From IMG/VR virus record IMGVR_UViG_3300044638_006409, positions 1 through 64,000 of that record: DNA of 64,000 nt, one strand, 5' to 3'. The position numbers were made by a program, and so were the translations under genes. The notes below the pieces were generated by a model, which did not search any database, had not been told where the DNA came from, and was given only the letters and a program-made list of their open reading frames with translations. Shown in pieces: positions 1-7,573 of the stretch. The first letter of the stretch is position 1; every line of letters starts with the position of its first letter. The DNA comes from a virus.

Positions 1-1
1 A

Positions 2-256
2 ACTTCATCACAACAATTAAACAATCAATTAGATTTAACTTTCACAAATACATTAGGTCAAATAACTGGTACAGGTATTACAATTACATCAGCAATAACA
101 ATTAATTCAGGTACAACAATAGGATATGCTCAAGTTATAACTGGTGATGATTATACGGATTTAGATGGTACATCAGTATTCACTAATTTAGCTGTAACTT
201 ATCCTATTTCCTACACTTTCGACATAACCACTAATAGTATTTTTCCTGATTTGTAA
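2..256 (+). CDS. 3' end of Ser/Thr-rich hypothetical protein (truncated by window edge)
   Basis: Open frame from nt 2 to TAA at 254-256 (TSSQQLNNQLDLTFTNTLG...SIFPDL*). Composition resembles the structural proteins later in the window. Confidence 0.7.
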   Translation, partial: TSSQQLNNQLDLTFTNTLGQITGTGITITSAITINSGTTIGYAQVITGDDYTDLDGTSVFTNLAVTYPISYTFDITTNSIFPDL

Positions 257-290
257 TTTGACTTAATTAGTTCTTCATTTTATATTTATA
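257..290 (+). promoter_or_regulatory. Promoter of DNA polymerase gene
   Basis: TTTG(257-260)-N20-TATATTTA(281-288) resembles the Bacteroidota -33/-7 consensus. It also reads as TTGACT-N17-TATATT and overlaps TATTTATA (283-290). Confidence 0.55.
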
Positions 291-351
291 AGGACAAGGT
301 AAATGTCATCCAGTATGACAGCTAATATACTAAACTTATAAAAATATAATA

Positions 352-3069
352 ATGATTACACCTGAAGAAATCGAAAGTTTCTTAAACGGAAACGACCCCG
401 AAGAACACATCGTTGCCATAGAATATGATTGGGCAACAGAAAACATCTTTAAGATTAAAGAAATCCCCGGTAAAGGAAAAGAAATTAGAAAGGATACATT
501 CACCCCATTTGCTTGGGTTGGTGACCTCCACGGACTTAACTTTTACAAATCATCCAAAGGACTTCAAAAAGAAGCAATGACCAAACACGGAATCCTAATT
601 GAGAAATTGGATACTGGTGGAAATGAACGATTAGAGAAGGGTCTAAAGTTCTTGGTTAAATCCCTTAAAGGATATAGAAGTTTAATGCAATTCTTCAAAG
701 AAGGAGGAATTGACCCATATGGTGATAATACCAAAGAATACTTCCTAATCCCATCTCCAGTAGAACAATATCTTATCCAAAAGGAAAAAAGATTGTTTAA
801 AGGTTATGAAGAATATAATGACATTACAAGATTAGGATTCGACTTAGAGACCACATCTTTAGAACCTAAAGATGGTAGAATCTTTATGATTGGAATTAAA
901 ACGAATAAAGGATTACAAAAAGTAATCGAATGTGCAAATGAAGACCAAGAACGAGCAGGTATTGTTGAGTTTTTTAGAATCATAGATGAGGTTAAACCAT
1001 CAATCATCGGGGGATATAACTCATTCAACTTCGACTGGTATTGGATTATGGAAAGATGTAAAGCTCTACACTTAGATATCAAAAAGATTTGTAAGACATT
1101 ACATCCTGAATATAATATGAAACAAACCAAGGGTATGTTAAAACTTGCCAACGAAGTGGAGGAATATACTCAGATTGGAATGTGGGGATATAATGTTATT
1201 GACATTCTACACTCAGTTAGAAGAGCTCAGGCAATCAACTCGAACATCAAATCAGCGGGTCTTAAATATATTACCCAATACATCAATGCTGAAGCTGAAG
1301 ACCGAGTTTATATTGGACATACTGATATTGGTTCAATGTACGCCAAGAAAGAAGAGTATTGGTTAAATGTTAAGAATGGTAAATACAAAAAGGCCGATAA
1401 ACCTGAATATGATAACTTGGACAAAAAGTTTCCTGATATCTATATCAAAACAACTGGTGACAACCTTGTTGAACGATATCTTGATGATGACTTGGAGGAA
1501 ACCTTGAAAGTGGATGAAGAGTTCAATCAGGGTACATTTATGTTGGCATCAATGATTCCAACAACTTATGAAAGAGTTTCCACTATGGGAACTGCAACCC
1601 TTTGGAAAATGTTGATGATGGCTTGGTCTTATAAGTATAAATTGGCCATTCCCCAAAAAGAACAAAAGAAAGATTTCGTTGGTGGTTTATCAAGATTATT
1701 AAGGGTGGGTTATTCCAAGGATGTATTAAAACTTGACTACTCGTCACTATATCCATCCATTCAGTTAGTACACGATGTTTTTCCTGATTGTGATATTATG
1801 GGGGCAATGAAAGGTATGTTATCTTATTTTAGAAACTCGCGTATTAAATACAAGAACTTAGCTGCTGAATGGTATGACAAAGATAAAAAGAAATCCTTGT
1901 CTTATGATAGAAAACAATTACCTATTAAGATATTCATTAACTCGATGTTCGGTGCGTTATCAGCACCACAAGTGTTTGCGTGGGGTGATATGTATATGGG
2001 TGAACAGATTACTTGTACAGGAAGACAATATCTACGTCAGATGTTAAAGTTCTTTATGAAGAGGGGTTACACCGCGTTAGTATGTGACACGGATGGTATG
2101 AACTTCTCATTACCTGAAGGTGGTGTTGATGATAGAGTTTATATTGGTAAGGGTCTTAATTGGAAAGTTAAGAAGGGAAAAGAATACAAAGGTTATGATG
2201 CTGATGTTGCTGAGTTCAACGATACCTTTATGAAGGGTGAAATGGCATTAGATTGTGATGGAACTTGGAAATCTTGTATTAATCTTGCTCGTAAGAATTA
2301 TGCAACGATGGAACATAATGGTAAAATCAAATTGACAGGTAACTCAATCAAATCCAAAAAACTTCCATTATACATTGAGGAATATTTGGATAAAGCAATT
2401 AGATTATTATTGGAAGGTGAGGGACAGAAGTTTGTTGAATGGTATTATGAATACTTAACTAAAATCTATAACAAAGAAATCCCCCTTCTTAAAATTGCAC
2501 AAAGAGCAAAGGTTAAATTAAGTATTAAGGATTATATTGAGAGGTCAAAACAAACAACTAAATCAGGTGGAGCAATGTCAAGAATGGCTCATATGGAATT
2601 GGCAATGAAACACAATTTAAAAGTGAATCTTGGTGAGGTGATTTATTATGTTAATAATGGTGTTAAAGCAAGTCACGGAGATGTTCAAAAGAAGAAAGAT
2701 GAAGTGGTATTAAATTGTTATATGTTAAATCCAAATGATATTGAGAATAATCCAGATATGTTGGGTGATTATAATGTTGCAAGAGCAATAACAACTTTCA
2801 ACAATCGTATTGAACCATTATTGGTTGTATTCAAACAAGAAGTTAGAGATACTTTGATTATTGATAACCCTGAGAAAAGACAATTCTATACACAACAACA
2901 ATGTGAGTTGATTAATGGAGTTCCATTTGAGGAAAAAGACCAAGATAGAATCAAAGAGGATTTGTTAGATTTAGAACCAAAAGAAATTGAGTACTGGAAC
3001 AAGAGAGGAATTGACCCCAACTATATTTACGATTTGGCTGAAGAAGGATGGGAACAATATATTGACTAA
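352..3069 (+). CDS. Family B DNA polymerase with 3'-5' exonuclease domain
   Basis: ExoI FDLETT, ExoII YNSFNFDW, region II LDYSSLYPS, region III KIFINSMFG, region I variant CDTDG. Confidence 0.95.
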   Translation: MITPEEIESFLNGNDPEEHIVAIEYDWATENIFKIKEIPGKGKEIRKDTFTPFAWVGDLHGLNFYKSSKGLQKEAMTKHGILIEKLDTGGNERLEKGLKFLVKSLKGYRSLMQFFKEGGIDPYGDNTKEYFLIPSPVEQYLIQKEKRLFKGYEEYNDITRLGFDLETTSLEPKDGRIFMIGIKTNKGLQKVIECANEDQERAGIVEFFRIIDEVKPSIIGGYNSFNFDWYWIMERCKALHLDIKKICKTLHPEYNMKQTKGMLKLANEVEEYTQIGMWGYNVIDILHSVRRAQAINSNIKSAGLKYITQYINAEAEDRVYIGHTDIGSMYAKKEEYWLNVKNGKYKKADKPEYDNLDKKFPDIYIKTTGDNLVERYLDDDLEETLKVDEEFNQGTFMLASMIPTTYERVSTMGTATLWKMLMMAWSYKYKLAIPQKEQKKDFVGGLSRLLRVGYSKDVLKLDYSSLYPSIQLVHDVFPDCDIMGAMKGMLSYFRNSRIKYKNLAAEWYDKDKKKSLSYDRKQLPIKIFINSMFGALSAPQVFAWGDMYMGEQITCTGRQYLRQMLKFFMKRGYTALVCDTDGMNFSLPEGGVDDRVYIGKGLNWKVKKGKEYKGYDADVAEFNDTFMKGEMALDCDGTWKSCINLARKNYATMEHNGKIKLTGNSIKSKKLPLYIEEYLDKAIRLLLEGEGQKFVEWYYEYLTKIYNKEIPLLKIAQRAKVKLSIKDYIERSKQTTKSGGAMSRMAHMELAMKHNLKVNLGEVIYYVNNGVKASHGDVQKKKDEVVLNCYMLNPNDIENNPDMLGDYNVARAITTFNNRIEPLLVVFKQEVRDTLIIDNPEKRQFYTQQQCELINGVPFEEKDQDRIKEDLLDLEPKEIEYWNKRGIDPNYIYDLAEEGWEQYID

Positions 3070-3090
3070 ACTATTTATAAAAAAAAACTT

Positions 3091-3261
3091 ATGAAAAAAC
3101 TTATTATTTTAATTTTAGTAATTTCAACGATTGGGTTAACATCTTGTGGTAATCCAGTTTACAAGAAAAGAAAAAAATGTACAGGAAATGGTAGTTGGTA
3201 TGGGAATAGAAACTTGGGTGAAAAGACACCAACACAACAAAACACCTATGTACTGAAGTAA
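3091..3261 (+). CDS. Small lipoprotein, 56 aa (absent from ORF track)
   Basis: MKKLIILILVISTIGLTSC-GNPVYKKRKKCTGNGSWYGNRNLG...: basic N-terminus, hydrophobic core and LTSC lipobox. TATTTATA at 3072-3079 upstream, terminator downstream. Confidence 0.75.
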   Translation: MKKLIILILVISTIGLTSCGNPVYKKRKKCTGNGSWYGNRNLGEKTPTQQNTYVLK

Positions 3262-3262
3262 C

Positions 3263-3297
3263 AAAAAACCCCACTTAAACGGTGGGGTTATTTTTTT
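3263..3297. terminator. Bidirectional intrinsic terminator
   Basis: AACCCCAC-loop-GTGGGGTT stem flanked by A-tract and T-tract, between convergent genes. Confidence 0.8.
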
Positions 3298-3640
3298 ATT
3301 CTAATTTCATACCATCTGAAGAGATAATGTACCAGTTACCTTCGACATACTCCAACTCAACACAAGCACCATTATCAATTTCTATTTCTTCATATTGGTC
3401 ATCAATCAAAGAATATTTAGGTACAATACTTGTTTTAGTAAGAACTTTAATTTTGATAGATTCTGTTGTATAACCATCTAAAGTAATAGTACAATTATCA
3501 ACATCTTTTACAACTAAAAGGTATTCACCATTGGTTGTATATGTTGGGGTATTAATTACCTTTTTAATTTTAGATGATGGATTTTGACCATATCTGATGG
3601 TCTTTGTGACCTCACCAATTTTTTTCTTTTCAGTTTCCAT
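3296..3640 (-). CDS. Hypothetical protein, beta-rich, possibly virion-associated
   Basis: 114-aa ORF with ATG and A-rich leader, in tandem with the neck gene. No clear motif. Confidence 0.7.
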   Translation of the reverse strand: METEKKKIGEVTKTIRYGQNPSSKIKKVINTPTYTTNGEYLLVVKDVDNCTITLDGYTTESIKIKVLTKTSIVPKYSLIDDQYEEIEIDNGACVELEYVEGNWYIISSDGMKLE

Positions 3641-3667
3641 TTTTTTATTTTAATAATAATAAAATAA

Positions 3668-4789
3668 TTAGATAACGTAAATCTGTCTTGGTAACGCTTG
3701 CATTTTCTTTACTTTGTTAAGATTTTCAGCTAACAAAGCCTCTCTCTCCATAACCTTTTCAGGTCTTAGTCTGGTTAAACGACCTTCAGCACCAATAAGT
3801 TCATCTATGAGTTTAGTCTTTTCATCTTTACCTTCAGTCGCTAATGATGCGTAATCCATAGTAAGTTCACTGTCAGGAGTTTTGATATTACCACTAAACT
3901 TACCTCTTACTTTTGCCAATGTTTCTTTGGCTGATGCAAAAAACCATTTACGAACCCATATTTGAGCTGGGTTATTTAAATCAATCCAACTTATTTTATC
4001 GAAAGGAACATCAGATGGTAATTTAATAATATCAGGATTTTTCTTCAAACAATCGTCTCTATCAGGACCATCAACCTCATAATACCAATACCATACTTTT
4101 CCTCTCATAAGGGTATTATTACCGAAATCAAACTTACCACCAGGTGTTTGCATCAAGTGTATTGCTTTTTTTCCTTCGGGTAAGGCTGTCATTCTGTATG
4201 TTAAATCACCTGCAATAATTCTTCTTTGGATATTAATTTCTTGCATCCTCAATAACATATCAAATGCTGGCATCATAAAGTAAGAACCCGAATAACCCAT
4301 TTGTGAGTACCCGGCAGGTCCTCCAAGACCCGCACCTCCCAATGCACCAAAAGTCCAAGGGTCAAATAAAAGGTTTGTTAATTCACTAGGTGTGAACCAC
4401 AAAAGTTCATTTAATTCTCTACCTGCAGGTATTTCATATATTTGTTGTCCTGGAACTAATTGAATGTAATCTTTTTTGAGTACTGAATCACCACCAGCCT
4501 GTAAACCAACTATTTTTGAATAGGCATATGAATACCTTTCTTCGAAGTCAAAACTTTTTGTGATAAAAGCTTTGGACAATGATTGGGTATCCAAGTTAAG
4601 ATTATATAATGAAGTCCATTGTGATTCGATTAACCAGTCTTGGACATATTGTGAATAATCCTCGATTGATAGCTCCAAAAGTGAATCCAATTGTTCATCT
4701 TCTAATTCAATACTTCTAAGAGGGGCACCTAAAGTGTGTCTCAGTTTTGTATAAAGATTGGTTCTATCTGGTTCTGGAATTATTGACAT
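3668..4789 (-). CDS. Neck/head-tail adaptor protein (T4 gp13-like)
   Basis: N-terminal LRHTLGAPLRSIELEDEQLDSLLELSIEDY and C-terminal KVRGKFSGNIKTPDSELTMD match the gp13-family pattern. Confidence 0.7.
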   Translation of the reverse strand: MSIIPEPDRTNLYTKLRHTLGAPLRSIELEDEQLDSLLELSIEDYSQYVQDWLIESQWTSLYNLNLDTQSLSKAFITKSFDFEERYSYAYSKIVGLQAGGDSVLKKDYIQLVPGQQIYEIPAGRELNELLWFTPSELTNLLFDPWTFGALGGAGLGGPAGYSQMGYSGSYFMMPAFDMLLRMQEINIQRRIIAGDLTYRMTALPEGKKAIHLMQTPGGKFDFGNNTLMRGKVWYWYYEVDGPDRDDCLKKNPDIIKLPSDVPFDKISWIDLNNPAQIWVRKWFFASAKETLAKVRGKFSGNIKTPDSELTMDYASLATEGKDEKTKLIDELIGAEGRLTRLRPEKVMEREALLAENLNKVKKMQALPRQIYVI

Positions 4790-4817
4790 AGTTAGTTTTT
4801 ATTTATAAATATCAAGT

Positions 4818-7550
4818 TTAGGGACATATTATTTTTTTGAAACTTATATTGGATACTGGTTTAGTATTCAATTCTAACTCGTTACTTTGTGGGTTGTATA
4901 TGTAGGTTATTCCATTTTTAACAACCTTAAAACGAATACTCAATCTTTTTTCTTTACAACCTGATTGACCTTTGTTTGACCAATATATTTCAATATTTTC
5001 CATAGGGACTAAAACATTTTCCTCAAAAATAATTCCTTTTAAGTTTTTTCTAATTAGTCCTAAGAATTGTTCACCAACACCTCCTTCCTTAATCTTGTTG
5101 AAGATGTCACTTATTATTTTGTTGTACACTCTCAAATGAGTTGGTTTCAATTTACTTACTTCACTTGATTTAAAAATGGAGAAAAACTCAGACAAATAGC
5201 TATCAACACTAGTATCCATCATTTTCACCTCAAACTTATCATCTTTTGAAAAAACTTTTTTACCATTATAATAGAAATCTGAGGTGGCCATCAAATCAGC
5301 TTTTATGGGTGTTATTGATTCCATATTACTCAATACACAATCAACGACTTCATCAATATACACATCCTCAGTTTCAGGATATTGTAATATAGTGTTAACA
5401 AGTTTAACAAAACTAGATTCACTATCCTCACCACATTTGTAATTTAAACTGAGTGAAGTAGGATATGACTTCATATAAGGTCCGACCAAACTTTCCTCAT
5501 ATTCTGCATATTTCTGTTTTCTAACTGTTCTTAAAAATTCGTCCAATTTTGATGTATTTCGTATTGGTGATGTTTTAAGATTTTCTAGTCTATTTTTTGT
5601 TTCAGTTCCATCAAATTCATCATCCAAAATAAAGTTTGCAATAACTTTCATAAAATTACCTGGTAGGTCGGATAACATAGCCAACTCCAACATTTTGGTG
5701 AATAATCCCCTACCAAATACTATATCTCTTCTTTCTTTTTTAGTTTTGATGTAACTATATGCAGGATAATAAAAATTTATTATGGTATTCAATGCGTCAA
5801 TAACTTCTTGTTTTTCTTGGTCATTAATTTTATCGACAACTTCGTTTTTGAACTTACAATAAATTGAATTTGTGTCACCGAAAGAACATAAATCATCAAG
5901 TAGATTTTCTCTATCAAAACCTATTGAAATTGCTTCAGTTATTCGTTGTAGTTGTTTTTTTGTAATAACTATTTTTTTTGATTCAGTTAAATTTAATTTT
6001 TTTATATTCAAAGATGGGGATTCAAACTTTTTACTCTCTGATTTAAAAATGTATGAAAATCTTTCTTTTGAAGTCCCACCTTCGTCTTTTACCTCAACAT
6101 CTTCAAAATCGAAGAAAATGTAATTATTTTGATTATCAATGAATGCAAAAATTTGGATATTGTTTGAGTCGTATTTATTTTTACTTTTAAATACATAAAC
6201 TATGTTCCCATTTTCATCTTTAGATTCGTATAAGTCAATAGTGGGTTTTACTTGAACATATTTACTATCACCATCTTCGGTTACAAACATATCTTGTCCT
6301 TTATACTTGTCCCTTGTATCACCATCACAAAATTGTGTTATTTGTGAATTTTTGTTTTTAGTGTTGAATATTTCAATCGCAATTCTTTCCCTTTCTATAC
6401 CTCTATCCAAAGTTCCTTTTTTTGTTTTTGGATTTAAAACTATATTTGCTAAACTATTGGTAAACTTTCCCTCATCACCAAACAGAGTTTTTCCCATAAC
6501 ATTAAACCAAGTTTCCAAATCATAGTTTTTACTATTATATTTTTCATAAAACTCTAATATTTTATCACTAATTCGAGTGTTAGCATCAAACCAATTAACA
6601 ACCGACCATTCACCAGTTCCACCCCTTTGACTTACAGCATATTTTCCACCAATAACACCATAGTTTGTTTTACATAAGTCAGTTTGGATTTTACCATAAC
6701 AAGGAGATTCAATACGAGTATCAGGATTGTAATCCCTAATAATTTCAGGAGAACATTTTGGATAAACTTTCTTCAATATTGTTTGAACAAAAACAGGATT
6801 TAGTCTTCCGTTTGGGTTTAATACCTCAACTTCTTCTTTGATTAATTTTTTAGTTTTAACTGATTCAGTTAACTTAGTTTTCTTTTTATCTGTATATAAT
6901 TTATTAACAAACTCCCAATTTATAACATCCCAAAAGTTACCAATGTATTCATCTCTTTTGTTTTGATATTTGAGATAATATGCGTGTTCCCATACATCAA
7001 GACCAAGAATAGGAAATCCACCCCCATCAACTATGTTCATTAGTGGATTATCTTGGTTGGGTGTTGACATTATTTTAAGTCTGTTGTTTTTTGTCAATAT
7101 TAACCAACACCAACCTGAACCAAATCTATCCTTAGCTATTTCGGTGAATTCTTTTTTGAATGAATTAATTGAACCGAAATCTTTAATAATTTTGTTTTTT
7201 ATTTCAGTTGGTATTTCTTGTTTTTTTGGGGACAACATTTTCCAAAATAAAGCATGATTAAAAGCCCCACCCGCATTGTTTCGTATTGTTTTATTGTACT
7301 TCGAGATGGACTTAATAATGTTCTCCAATTCAACATCGCCATAGTTCTTTTTAGATAAGGCTTTGTTCAATTTATCAACATAACCTTTATAATGTTTGTT
7401 GTAATGTATATCCATCGTTTTTCCATCGATGAAACTACTAATTGAACGATATCCAAATGGTAATTTATCAATACCAATTTTTTTTGCTTCAGATAATATA
7501 TCTTCTTTAGTTAATATTATTTCTTTAAGTAAATTTGCTGCTCTTTCCAT
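4818..7550 (-). CDS. Fe/Mn superoxide dismutase fused to about 690 aa of extra domains (PD-(D/E)xK-like)
   Basis: Complete SOD: HYNKH, NNAGGAFNH, FGSGWCWL, NQDNP, DVWEHAYY. Likely ATG at 7550 (track starts 7568). C-terminal part has RGIERE...GQD...VQVK. Confidence 0.9.
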   Translation of the reverse strand: MERAANLLKEIILTKEDILSEAKKIGIDKLPFGYRSISSFIDGKTMDIHYNKHYKGYVDKLNKALSKKNYGDVELENIIKSISKYNKTIRNNAGGAFNHALFWKMLSPKKQEIPTEIKNKIIKDFGSINSFKKEFTEIAKDRFGSGWCWLILTKNNRLKIMSTPNQDNPLMNIVDGGGFPILGLDVWEHAYYLKYQNKRDEYIGNFWDVINWEFVNKLYTDKKKTKLTESVKTKKLIKEEVEVLNPNGRLNPVFVQTILKKVYPKCSPEIIRDYNPDTRIESPCYGKIQTDLCKTNYGVIGGKYAVSQRGGTGEWSVVNWFDANTRISDKILEFYEKYNSKNYDLETWFNVMGKTLFGDEGKFTNSLANIVLNPKTKKGTLDRGIERERIAIEIFNTKNKNSQITQFCDGDTRDKYKGQDMFVTEDGDSKYVQVKPTIDLYESKDENGNIVYVFKSKNKYDSNNIQIFAFIDNQNNYIFFDFEDVEVKDEGGTSKERFSYIFKSESKKFESPSLNIKKLNLTESKKIVITKKQLQRITEAISIGFDRENLLDDLCSFGDTNSIYCKFKNEVVDKINDQEKQEVIDALNTIINFYYPAYSYIKTKKERRDIVFGRGLFTKMLELAMLSDLPGNFMKVIANFILDDEFDGTETKNRLENLKTSPIRNTSKLDEFLRTVRKQKYAEYEESLVGPYMKSYPTSLSLNYKCGEDSESSFVKLVNTILQYPETEDVYIDEVVDCVLSNMESITPIKADLMATSDFYYNGKKVFSKDDKFEVKMMDTSVDSYLSEFFSIFKSSEVSKLKPTHLRVYNKIISDIFNKIKEGGVGEQFLGLIRKNLKGIIFEENVLVPMENIEIYWSNKGQSGCKEKRLSIRFKVVKNGITYIYNPQSNELELNTKPVSNISFKKIICP

Positions 7551-7573
7551 AAGATATAAATATCTCATAAATA

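Noticed and set aside
361-660. CpG depletion as a footprint of the methyltransferase
   Set aside because: A spot count found about 9 CG in these 300 nt, which is not obviously depleted. A genome-wide computation is needed before any claim.
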